Assembly (NCBI GenBank): GCA_965224025.1
Contig: OZ245033.1
Coordinates: forward strand, 1,600,001 to 1,664,000
Length of the DNA: 64,000 bases
Direction: 5' to 3'
Source of the DNA: Candidatus Multivorans sp.
GTDB taxonomy: Bacteria; Acidobacteriota; Thermoanaerobaculia; Multivoradales; Multivoraceae
In this document: positions 35,354-44,058 of the stretch, one piece after another
Numbering within the stretch: the stretch's first letter is position 1
How the letters are laid out: each line of letters starts with the position of its first letter
Notes under the pieces: generated by a model
Databases searched by the model: none
Told to the model about the DNA's origin: nothing
The model's input: only the letters and a program-made list of their open reading frames with translations
Made by a program: the position numbers and the translations under genes

Positions 35354-35665
35354 GTGCCCACCCGGAGCCGCGCCTTCAGACCCGACGGAACGGTCGGCCG
35401 GATCGCCCTCGCCGACGACTGGTCCTTCGTCATCTCCGGCGTCTCCGATGCCGCCTGGAACTTCAGCGTGAGCGGCTACCCGGTTCTCCACCGCTGGCTC
35501 AGGGCCCGCAACGGCCAGCGAGTCGACGCCGCTCTGCAGCGGGAGATCCTGGATGTCGTGGCCAGGATCGAGGAGCTCCCGCACCTGTTTCGCGAGGCGG
35601 ACCCCCTGCTGAAGCAGGCGATTCGGACGTCCCTCAGCCGGAAGCAACTGACCGGAGGAGGCTGA
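35354..35665 (+). pseudogene. C-terminal remnant of a type ISP restriction-modification enzyme
   Basis: AWNFSVSGYPVLHRWLRARNG...REILDVVARIEE resembles the W-x-F-x-I/V-S/G-G-Y-x-V-L-x-x-W-L-x-x-R end of type ISP enzymes; no methylase or helicase part upstream. Confidence 0.65.
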
Positions 35666-35895
35666 TGGCGCCGATGCATGCCCGACAACGCTCCCTGTTC
35701 CCGCCGAGTTCCGACGGGATGAAGATCCCGACGCCGAAGCCCGAGGACATCCGCCGCCGGTTCCGCAGTTGGCGCATCATGTTCCCCCAGATGACGAACT
35801 GGCTTCCCGACGATGAAGCCGAGGACCTGAAGGACGCCTTCGTGCGCGAAATCGACCGGTGGGGTGACGAGGCCCGCGACATCGACGAGGACTGA
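35665..35895 (+). CDS. Small hypothetical protein coupled to the type ISP remnant
   Basis: TGATG overlap with GGAGG RBS; motif FPQMTNWLPDDEA. Confidence 0.6.
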   Translation: MAPMHARQRSLFPPSSDGMKIPTPKPEDIRRRFRSWRIMFPQMTNWLPDDEAEDLKDAFVREIDRWGDEARDIDED

Positions 35896-35928
35896 GGCGC
35901 CGAACCAGGGAACGGCCGCGATCGAGAC

Positions 35929-36693
35929 TCAACCGTACAACCGAGCCGTGTTCTCCCTGACCGCCGCCGCAACCTCTCCCTCGGCAACACTCTTCAGTTC
36001 CGCGATGGCGCGCAGGGAGACCACCGCGTTCGCCGGTTCGTTCCGCTGATCGCGCGTCGGGCCGAGCACCGGACTGTCCGTCTCGAGCAGCAGGCTGGAG
36101 AGCGGTAGCCGCCTCACGAGCTTCTGCTTCTGCGGCGAGCGGACGATGGATGGCGGCACGGAGAAGAAGAAGCCCGCCTCGACCGCCGGCTCGGCGCGGC
36201 TGGCGCGGCCGTCGAAGGCGTGGAGCTGCACCCGCTTCGCACCCCGCTCGCGCAGCAGGTCGATCGCGTAGTGCCCCGCCGAGCGGGAGTGAACGTTGAG
36301 CGGCAGGTCGAGCTCGATCGAGAGATCGATGAAGAGGGCGAAGATCTCCCTCTGCACGGCCAGATCCGGTTCTTCACGCACCTTCCAGCGGTCGAGACCA
36401 ACTTCACCGATGGCGGCCAGCCGCGACCGCTCCCCCCGGATCAGGTCGGCGACCCTCTCCGCCTCGGCCATATCGACGTGAGTCGGATAGAGACCCGCCG
36501 TGGGGCGGACGACACCGGGGAAGCGGTCGGCCAGCTCCAGGTTCCGCTCCGCGTCGTGCCGCGTCTCGCCGACCGCGACCACCGCCTCGACGCCCGCGTC
36601 GCGGGCCCGCGCCAGCACCTCGCCGAGGTCGGCGGCGAAGCTCGGGTCGCACAGGTGGGCGTGGCAGTCGGTGAGCCCGGAGTGTCCGTTCAC
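35929..36693 (-). CDS. tatD: TatD family nuclease
   Basis: DCHAHL, AIGEVGLD, NVHSR, QLHAF, LLETDSP. Confidence 0.9.
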   Translation of the reverse strand: MNGHSGLTDCHAHLCDPSFAADLGEVLARARDAGVEAVVAVGETRHDAERNLELADRFPGVVRPTAGLYPTHVDMAEAERVADLIRGERSRLAAIGEVGLDRWKVREEPDLAVQREIFALFIDLSIELDLPLNVHSRSAGHYAIDLLRERGAKRVQLHAFDGRASRAEPAVEAGFFFSVPPSIVRSPQKQKLVRRLPLSSLLLETDSPVLGPTRDQRNEPANAVVSLRAIAELKSVAEGEVAAAVRENTARLYG

Positions 36694-36701
36694 AACGCCT
36701 A

Positions 36702-37637
36702 TCAGGGGCGCCCCCTACCGGCCTCAGCGCCGCCGGCGCCCAAACGCTCCTCCAACTCCTCCGCCGTCTTCGGCCAGTCGGACTTCAGCAGCCGCGAAAG
36801 TGCCCGATCGGCGAGCAGCCGGCCGCCGGTCTGGCAGCGCGCGCAGTAGTTGCATTCGGAGACCCTCTCGGCGTAGACGATGCGCTGAACCGGCGCGCCG
36901 CAACGGGGGCACGGCTCCCGGTAGCGGCCGTGGACCGCCATGTTTTCGTGAAAGGCGGTCACCTTCGCCGGAAAGCGGCCACGCGCCTGCGCGCGCAGGC
37001 GTTCCGTCCATTCGGTCAGCACGGCCACCGCGGACCGGTACAACTCGTCGATCTGCTCTTCGCTCAGCCGCGTGGTCCAGCGCATCGGCGACAGCCGAGC
37101 GCGATGGAGGATCTCGTCCGAGTAGGCGTTGCCGATGCCGCTGAACAGCCTGGGGTCGATCAACGCCCGCTTCAGGGTGTGGTTCTCGGCCACCAGCCGC
37201 GCCCGAAAAGCCTCCGCGCCGCACTCCAGCACTTCGAGTCCACCCCGGTCCAGGCTCGCCAGACTTTCCTCGCCCGCAACCACGCGCATCGCCGCGCGCC
37301 GCTTGGTGCCGGCCTCGGTCAGGAGCAGCGTGCCGTGTTCGAAGTCGAACGCCGCCAGACCCACCCGCCCCGGCAGCTTGGCCGCGGGTGCGCCCCAGCG
37401 GAAACGGCCCGCGATCATCAGGTGGATGGCGAGGAACAGCTCGCCTTCCAGGCAGAGGACGACCCGTTTTCCGACTCGTCGCACACCGACGACGGCGCGC
37501 CCCTCCGCGTCCGACAGCGGCGGTTTCACGGAGCGAAGGAGGAAGGGGCTGCGCACGCGGATGCGCGTCAGTTCACGGCCCGCGACCCGCTGTTCGATCG
37601 CCTCGCAGTAGACGACGACGTCAGGCAGTTCCGGCAT
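36702..37637 (-). CDS. Fpg/Nei family DNA glycosylase
   Basis: N-terminal MPELPDV, HLMIAG, SGIGNAYSDEILH, C-terminal Zn finger CPRC...YCARCQ. Confidence 0.92.
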   Translation of the reverse strand: MPELPDVVVYCEAIEQRVAGRELTRIRVRSPFLLRSVKPPLSDAEGRAVVGVRRVGKRVVLCLEGELFLAIHLMIAGRFRWGAPAAKLPGRVGLAAFDFEHGTLLLTEAGTKRRAAMRVVAGEESLASLDRGGLEVLECGAEAFRARLVAENHTLKRALIDPRLFSGIGNAYSDEILHRARLSPMRWTTRLSEEQIDELYRSAVAVLTEWTERLRAQARGRFPAKVTAFHENMAVHGRYREPCPRCGAPVQRIVYAERVSECNYCARCQTGGRLLADRALSRLLKSDWPKTAEELEERLGAGGAEAGRGRP

Positions 37638-37670
37638 CCGACTCCTGGCGGATCTTGCGGATGGGCGGCT

Positions 37671-38552
37671 TCATGGTCCGCCGCCGGCCATCGTTCGCCG
37701 CAGCGCGCGCGACTCGGCAAGCAACTCGCGAGCGGCCGCGAGAACGGAACCATCGTCCCCCCCGGCCGAGGCCGCGGCTTCCGTCGACGCGGCCGGAAGC
37801 GCCGGCACGGCCGACCGGTCGTCGGGATCGCCCAAGCCCGCGTCCCGACTCCGCCGCAGCGACGCCAGGAGCAGATCCCGAACCTCCTCGGCATTGTCCA
37901 GACCTTGTAGCAGCCCGCGGCTGAGAGCTTCGTCGTCGTCGTCCGACCCGGCTCCGCTGGCGGTGCGGATCTCCAGGTCGGCGATACCGAACAGCCGCTG
38001 CAGAGGACCACGTTTCACCGCCATGTTCTGGATGTTCAGGACCGTCATCGTCTGCTCGCGGAGGCTGTAGATGCCGTAGCGGATACGCAGCGCCCGGTCG
38101 CTGACCATGTACCAGCGCATCTCGTAACCCAGGCGGAGCACCGAGAACGACGTCACCAACTGAACGAGAAAGAGGACGATCAGGAACGGTGCAATCGCCG
38201 CGGTGAACCTGAGCCAGACACCGGCGCCGGCCGCATGGTCTTCGAGAAACTCGACGAACCCCAACCCGATCGCCGAGCCGACGAGGCCGAGCAGGGCGAA
38301 CATCTGCCCAAGGCCCCACTTGAGCACGCTGTACCCGAAGTACCGCGACGAAGCCCTGAACACGCGTAGCGATTCCGGCGATCCCGGGGGCGGCTCCGGA
38401 TGCTCGTCGACCTGAAACAGCCGAAGCAACAGGCGCTTCAGCCCCTTGGGTCGAAGTTCCGGGGGCTGACGCGGGAGAGTGTGTTGCGCCTGCGGCAACT
38501 TCGGCTCGGGGATCCGAGCGCCGCCTGCTCCGCCGTCCAGCCCGCCAGCCAT
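37671..38552 (-). CDS. Membrane protein with bacterial PH (bPH_2) domain
   Basis: Two TM helices then YMVSDRALRIRYG...IQNMAVKRGPLQRLFGIADLEIRTASG. Confidence 0.82.
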   Translation of the reverse strand: MAGGLDGGAGGARIPEPKLPQAQHTLPRQPPELRPKGLKRLLLRLFQVDEHPEPPPGSPESLRVFRASSRYFGYSVLKWGLGQMFALLGLVGSAIGLGFVEFLEDHAAGAGVWLRFTAAIAPFLIVLFLVQLVTSFSVLRLGYEMRWYMVSDRALRIRYGIYSLREQTMTVLNIQNMAVKRGPLQRLFGIADLEIRTASGAGSDDDDEALSRGLLQGLDNAEEVRDLLLASLRRSRDAGLGDPDDRSAVPALPAASTEAAASAGGDDGSVLAAARELLAESRALRRTMAGGGP

Positions 38553-38560
38553 GCGTTCCT

Positions 38561-39148
38561 TCAATCCGAACCCAGCCGTTCCAAGTTCTCGCGGATCGCG
38601 GTGACCTCGACAGCGATCTCCCGCAGGGTCGCGGCGAGCGCTACCGCGTCACCCGCGGTACTTGGCGACGGCGCGGCGGCAATGGCGGCGGTGGCCGGCG
38701 CTGCAGCCCGCGCGCCGCGCATCCGGCTGTACATGAAGTTGCGCACCGCCGACAGCTCCAGCAGGCCCTCGACCTTCATCTCCGCCTTCGCCGAACCACT
38801 CGCGGTCTGGACCAGCAGGCGCGACAGGCCCAACCAGCGCTCGACCGCGTTGCTCCGCAGGTGGATGTCCTGGATCCGGCTGTAGGTGAGGCTGATCTCG
38901 CGCTTGAACAGGGCACCCCAACTCATCGTCACGCCTTCGTCGTCGAAGCGGTACTTCAGCGTGCGGAAGCGAAGAAAGAGGAAGGTGAAGACGAAGGGGA
39001 AGGCAGGACCGGTGATCAGTGAGAACAGAACGTAGTACCGGAACAGCTTGGAGTGGGGGCGGCGGATCGCACGCACACGCGCATCGGCATCGCTGTCGGG
39101 CCGCGGCGACGCCGCGACCGGCGATCCGCTCGCGGGGCCACCCGTCAT
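38561..39148 (-). CDS. Membrane protein with bacterial PH (bPH_2) domain
   Basis: YRFDDEGVTMSWG...YSRIQDI...ERWLGLSRLLVQTASG; ATGA overlap with rocD. Confidence 0.82.
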   Translation of the reverse strand: MTGGPASGSPVAASPRPDSDADARVRAIRRPHSKLFRYYVLFSLITGPAFPFVFTFLFLRFRTLKYRFDDEGVTMSWGALFKREISLTYSRIQDIHLRSNAVERWLGLSRLLVQTASGSAKAEMKVEGLLELSAVRNFMYSRMRGARAAAPATAAIAAAPSPSTAGDAVALAATLREIAVEVTAIRENLERLGSD

Positions 39149-40335
39149 GCCAGCAGCACCTCCTCGATCCGGTCCAACGCCCAATCCAGCTCGTCCTGCG
39201 CGATCACGAGGGGCGGCGCGAAGCGGACGACGTGGTCATGAGTTTCCTTGCACAGCAGTCCCAGTTCCGCCAAGCGCTCACAATAACGCCGCGCGCCGCC
39301 GGCCGATTCGTGAAGCTCGATCCCGATCCAGAGTCCGCGGCCCCTGACCTCGCGAACGCAGGACGCCTCGACGCCGCGCAGCCGGCGCAGAGCGCGCTCG
39401 CCGAGGCGGGCCGAGTTCTGGGCGAGCCGTTCCTCCCGCAGCACCGCGAGAGCCGCGCGCGCCACCGCCGCCCCCACAGGATTGCCGCCGTAGGTCGAAC
39501 CGTGGTCGCCGGGCCTGAACACGTCCATGATCTCGGCATCCGCGACCACGACCGAGACCGGGTACAGGCCGCCCGACAGGGCCTTCCCCAGGATCATCAC
39601 GTCCGGGCGGACGCCGTCATGCTCGCACGCGAACATCGTGCCCGTTCGGCCCAGGCCCGACTGAATCTCGTCGGCGATCAGGAGCGCGTTCCTTTCGCTG
39701 CAGACCTCTCGAAGCTCCGCCAGGAAACCGTCCGGAGGGACGATGATCCCCCCCTCGCCCTGGATCGGCTCGACGAGCACCGCCGCCGTGTTGGCGCCGA
39801 CCGCCGCCCTTGCCGCGGACGCATCGCCAAATGGCAGCAACTCGAAACCCGGCGTGAAGGGACCGAACCCGTCGCGGTACTGCGCTTCGCTCGAGAAGCC
39901 GACGATCGTCGTCGTGCGGCCGTGGAAGTTGTTGCCGAAGGCCAGAATCTCCGCCTTTCCCGGCTCGACGCCCTTCTTCGTGTAGGCCCACTTCCGCGCC
40001 AGCTTGATCGCGGTCTCCACCGCCTCGGCGCCCGTGTTCATCGGCAGGGCCCGCTCGTAGCCGGTCAACTCGCAGATATCGCGAAAGAACGCCCCGAGTT
40101 CGACGTTGCGAAAGGCCCGCGACGTGACCGCCACCTGCCGGCTCTGCCGGACCAGAGCCTCCACGATCCGCGGATGGCAGTGGCCCTGGTTGACCGCCGA
40201 GTAGGCCGCGAGGCAGTCGAGGTAGCGACGACCTTCGGTGTCCCAGACCCAGACGCCCTCGGCCCTCTCGATGACGATGTCGAGCGGCGCGTAGTTCCTC
40301 GCGCCGTATCGATCCTCCAGTTCCGTCGGCTTCAT
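39145..40335 (-). CDS. rocD: Ornithine--oxo-acid aminotransferase
   Basis: YSAVNQGHCHP, PMNTGAEAVET, FHGRT, EPIQGEGG, ADEIQSGLGRTG, LGKALSGG, HGSTYGGNP. Confidence 0.95.
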   Translation of the reverse strand: MKPTELEDRYGARNYAPLDIVIERAEGVWVWDTEGRRYLDCLAAYSAVNQGHCHPRIVEALVRQSRQVAVTSRAFRNVELGAFFRDICELTGYERALPMNTGAEAVETAIKLARKWAYTKKGVEPGKAEILAFGNNFHGRTTTIVGFSSEAQYRDGFGPFTPGFELLPFGDASAARAAVGANTAAVLVEPIQGEGGIIVPPDGFLAELREVCSERNALLIADEIQSGLGRTGTMFACEHDGVRPDVMILGKALSGGLYPVSVVVADAEIMDVFRPGDHGSTYGGNPVGAAVARAALAVLREERLAQNSARLGERALRRLRGVEASCVREVRGRGLWIGIELHESAGGARRYCERLAELGLLCKETHDHVVRFAPPLVIAQDELDWALDRIEEVLLA

Positions 40336-40406
40336 GGCAACTCCGCGCGCAGTCGCCCGGCTGCTCGGGCTGAGGCGACCCTTCTTTCTCAGGTCGGATC
40401 GACGTT

Positions 40407-42359
40407 TCAGAAGTCGAACGCGATGCCCGCGTTCAGGTAGAGCGGACTCCGACCCAGTGACAACTCAGGCGCCTCTGCGCCGTCCGCGCCACTGATCGTA
40501 GCCGCCCCGGCCTCCATGGTCGAGTCCAACCACATCGCGCCCAGGTACACGCCGACCGGGCAGTCCTTCCAGAACGGGATCTTCATTCCCACGTTCGCGC
40601 CCAGGACGGTCTCCCCGCGCCACCCCGGCTGGTATCTCGCGTCGAGAGGCATTCCCTTCATCTCCACCGCGCTCAGAGACGGCGAGCTGTAGTCGAAGCG
40701 GCCGACCATCGGGCCAACCCAGAAATCGACCCGGCTGCCGGGCCGCGTCAGGTGGAAGTTCAGACCCGCGTACAGGAGGTTCGTGTCCACGTCGGCGTCG
40801 TCGTGACCCCAGAGGTCGCGCACGTCGTACTCCCAGAACGTCTCGCAGCGGCCGAAGTTGGCGCCGAACATCAGGCCGAGCCGGTAGTTCAGCTTGTACT
40901 CGGCCCCCACACCGAAGCCGACGCCGGCCTGGCAGGCCTTGACCTTCTGGCGGGCCGTTCCGCCGAGCACGTCGAACTGCCCGTCCTCGCCGCTGATGTC
41001 GTTCATCGCCGTAAGCAGAGTCCAGCGCTTGTCCACCTTGATCGAGGCGGAACTCTCGGTGCTTCCGCCCGCGTTCTCGACCCTGGCGGTATGCGTGAAG
41101 ACGCCGTCATCCTTGTGGACGACCTCTCTCGCGTAGGGAGCTTCGAGCGGCTCGCCGTCCAGAGTGACCGTCACCGGCGCGCCGTTGCCGTTGTTCGGCG
41201 CCACCGTGACAACGGCAGGCTGACGAACCAGCACGCGGTCCGGCGCGATCGAGGTCGTGCTCGTCGGCGCCACCTTCATCCCGGCCGAGCACCGGGCGCT
41301 CTGGCCGGTGTTCGTTTCGACCGTCACCATGTGCGTGAAGGCATCCGCACCCTCGTGCGTCATCTCTTTCGTGTACGGAGAGGCGAGCGGCTCACCGTCG
41401 ACGGTGACGCGGGTCACCTGGGCCCCATGCCCGGCGTTGGGAACAACCGTCAGAACAGACGACTGCCCCAGTTCGACCGCCTCCGGCGCGGCGGCAACAT
41501 TGCAACTCGGGCAGCCGACCGCGATCGCCTTGCTCAACGAGTCCTCGAGCGTGTCGCCGCGCGACGACATCGCGGTGCACGTCGCGGTGACCGTGTAGTC
41601 GCCCTGGGTCATGAAGGGGAAGGTTGCGTCGCCCGAGCCCACGGCCATTTCGCTGCCGTCCGGCAGCTTGACGGTCACCGAAGCGGCGCCGTCGGTGCAC
41701 GAACTCTGGAAGTCGAAGGTTTTGTCCGTGCAGGAGAGGCCTCCGATGTCGAGGTCGAGCGTGACCTTGGGCAGCGGCTGTTCCGCCAGGAGCGCCAGGT
41801 TGCCGCACGACTCGGGCACGATCATCGAGTACCAGTTCCCGTTCGAGTTGAAGCGGATCTCCCAGGCCGGGAACGCTTCGTTGCCGGCCCAGCACAGATT
41901 CGTGCCAACCCGCGGGGTTGTGCCGCGATAGCGGAAGAACATCCAGGGGATTCGCTGACCAGGCTCGAAGGCGCTCGACGTGATCCCCTGCCAGGCGGAG
42001 ACGGCCGCGAACAGATCGTCCGCCTCGCCCGACCAATTCGCTTCGCCGAGCATTGTGACAATCTCATCCCGATAGTCCACGAACAGGGCCTGGAGCGCCG
42101 CCTGGTCTTCCACCGGCGGCGAGAAGCGGTTGGCGCCCCCGAGGCGAGTGATCGACAGCGCGCCCTCACACTGCTGGGCAGTGACGGGCACGGCCGTCAG
42201 GCTCAGGCCTCCAACGAGGAGCAGAATCGGGATAAGCCGCACCGAAGTGCCACCCGAGCGCCCGATGACGGGCGCTCGGAACAAGTCACGGGTGACGCAA
42301 GATCGCGCCACCCGGGTTCGGGCGGCGGCGCAACAACCGAGCCAACGGCACTGGGACAT
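40407..42359 (-). CDS. Surface/outer-membrane protein: unknown N-domain, Ig/PKD-like repeats, C-terminal OmpW-like barrel
   Basis: AAGGAG 8 nt before ATG 42359 (alternative GTG 42242); h-region LIPILLLVGGLSLTAVPVTA; alternating beta strands ending LYLNAGIAFDF. Confidence 0.75.
   Translation of the reverse strand: MSQCRWLGCCAAARTRVARSCVTRDLFRAPVIGRSGGTSVRLIPILLLVGGLSLTAVPVTAQQCEGALSITRLGGANRFSPPVEDQAALQALFVDYRDEIVTMLGEANWSGEADDLFAAVSAWQGITSSAFEPGQRIPWMFFRYRGTTPRVGTNLCWAGNEAFPAWEIRFNSNGNWYSMIVPESCGNLALLAEQPLPKVTLDLDIGGLSCTDKTFDFQSSCTDGAASVTVKLPDGSEMAVGSGDATFPFMTQGDYTVTATCTAMSSRGDTLEDSLSKAIAVGCPSCNVAAAPEAVELGQSSVLTVVPNAGHGAQVTRVTVDGEPLASPYTKEMTHEGADAFTHMVTVETNTGQSARCSAGMKVAPTSTTSIAPDRVLVRQPAVVTVAPNNGNGAPVTVTLDGEPLEAPYAREVVHKDDGVFTHTARVENAGGSTESSASIKVDKRWTLLTAMNDISGEDGQFDVLGGTARQKVKACQAGVGFGVGAEYKLNYRLGLMFGANFGRCETFWEYDVRDLWGHDDADVDTNLLYAGLNFHLTRPGSRVDFWVGPMVGRFDYSSPSLSAVEMKGMPLDARYQPGWRGETVLGANVGMKIPFWKDCPVGVYLGAMWLDSTMEAGAATISGADGAEAPELSLGRSPLYLNAGIAFDF
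42253..42319 (-). repeat. Dispersed double-hairpin element, copy 3
   Basis: 58 of 67 positions identical to copy 2 by manual ungapped alignment; differences cluster in the linker and second loop. Confidence 0.9.
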
Positions 42360-42585
42360 GGCTTCGTCTCCTTGGGTTTCCCAGCCGCAGTCCGCGTGAC
42401 CGAGCGGGCCGGAGCGGCGTATATCTAATCATGTCAACACTTAGCCGCGTTGACAAATGCCGGCGACCGGCCGTGGCGCATCCCTGAACGGCGCCAGCAG
42501 GTACAGCGCTATGATACCCGACCGATCGGCCCTCCCCGACACCACAACGGAAGCCGCGATTGCGGTGCGCGAAGGCGAGAAACGA

Positions 42586-44013
42586 GTGCATGAGACCCTC
42601 GAAGACCGGCCCCTCGGCAGCAGTGAACGACCGCTTCGGGTCGCCGTGATCGGCTCCGGGCCGAGCGGCTTCTACGCCATCGCCGCGCTGTTCAAGGCGG
42701 ACGGCATGGAAGCCGATGTCGACCTGTTCGACCGCCTGCCGACCCCCTTCGGCCTGGTGCGCGGCGGAGTCGCCCCCGATCACCAGAAAATCAAGAACGT
42801 GATTCGGGTCTACAACCGCACCGCACAGCATGAGCGTTTCCGCTTCTTCGGCAACGTGGAACTCGGCCGCGATATTTCGGTCGACGATCTTCGCCGGCAC
42901 TACGACCACATCGTCTACGCCACCGGCAACGAATCGGACCGCAAGATGGGGATCCCGGGTGAAGATCTTCCGGGCGTCCACTCGGCCACCGAGTTCGTCG
43001 GCTGGTACAACGGACATCCCGACTTCCAGGATCGCAGCTTCGATCTCGCTTCGGCGCGGCGCATCGCGGTGGTCGGCAACGGCAACGTGGCGATGGACGT
43101 GACTCGCGTCCTGGTGCGCAACCCGGACGAACTCGCTCCCACCGACATCACCGCCGAGTCCCTCGCGGTGCTCCGTCAGAGCGCGGTCGAGGAGGTCGTT
43201 CTGCTCGGCCGCCGAGGACCGGCCCAGGCGGCGTTTTCGCCCCAGGAGATCAAGGAGATCGGTTCGCTCGAGGGCGTGAGCCTGCTGGTGTCGGAAGAGG
43301 CGATGGACCTCGACGAGCTCAGCCGGAGCTGGCTGGAGGAGGGCGCGGCGCGCAGCGCCCAGAGAAACGTCGCCTATCTGACCGAAGTCGCCGGCGCCGA
43401 AGCCGGGGCCGGCGACCGCCTCGTCACCTGCCGATTCCTGGTCTCCCCGATCGACCTTCAGGCCGGCGACGACGGCCGCGTGGCTCGGGTCGTGATCGAG
43501 AAGAACGAGCTCTACGCCTCCGACGACGGCACACCGAGACCACGAGGCACCGGCGAAACCGAAACCCTGGACGTCGACCTGGTGTTCAAGGCGGTCGGCT
43601 ATCGCGGCGTGCCCCTGCCGGGCGTTCCCTTCCAGGAACGCTGGGGCATCCTGCCCAACGACGAGGGCCGGCTGCAGACCGAGCAGGACGGCGAGGTGGT
43701 TCCGGGCCAGTACGTCGTCGGCTGGGCCAAGCGCGGCCCGACCGGCCTCATCGGTACGAACAGCCCCGATTCGACGGCCACGGTCAAGAAGATGCTCGAG
43801 GACATCGACGGTGTCTCGGCGCCCGCCAACCCCGCCAAGGCGCCCGAGAAGATCGTCGAGCTGCTTCGCGAACGCGGCGTCGACTTCGTGACCTTCAACG
43901 ACTGGACCCGACTCGACGAAGACGAAGTCGATCTCGGCGAGGCGCAGAACAAGGTCCGCGAGAAGTACACCAACGTCGAATCAATGATGGCGGCAGTGAA
44001 CCGCCTGCGGTAG
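42586..44013 (+). CDS. Ferredoxin--NADP+ reductase, adrenodoxin-reductase/FprA type
   Basis: VIGSGPSGFY, PTPFGLVRGGVAPDH, FVGWYNGHP, VGNGNVAMD, GRRGPAQAAF, GWAKRGPTGLIGTN; start uncertain. Confidence 0.92.
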   Translation: MHETLEDRPLGSSERPLRVAVIGSGPSGFYAIAALFKADGMEADVDLFDRLPTPFGLVRGGVAPDHQKIKNVIRVYNRTAQHERFRFFGNVELGRDISVDDLRRHYDHIVYATGNESDRKMGIPGEDLPGVHSATEFVGWYNGHPDFQDRSFDLASARRIAVVGNGNVAMDVTRVLVRNPDELAPTDITAESLAVLRQSAVEEVVLLGRRGPAQAAFSPQEIKEIGSLEGVSLLVSEEAMDLDELSRSWLEEGAARSAQRNVAYLTEVAGAEAGAGDRLVTCRFLVSPIDLQAGDDGRVARVVIEKNELYASDDGTPRPRGTGETETLDVDLVFKAVGYRGVPLPGVPFQERWGILPNDEGRLQTEQDGEVVPGQYVVGWAKRGPTGLIGTNSPDSTATVKKMLEDIDGVSAPANPAKAPEKIVELLRERGVDFVTFNDWTRLDEDEVDLGEAQNKVREKYTNVESMMAAVNRLR

Positions 44014-44058
44014 TACCGGCACCCTGCGCGATGAAGTCGGTAGCCCCCCTTCTTCACT

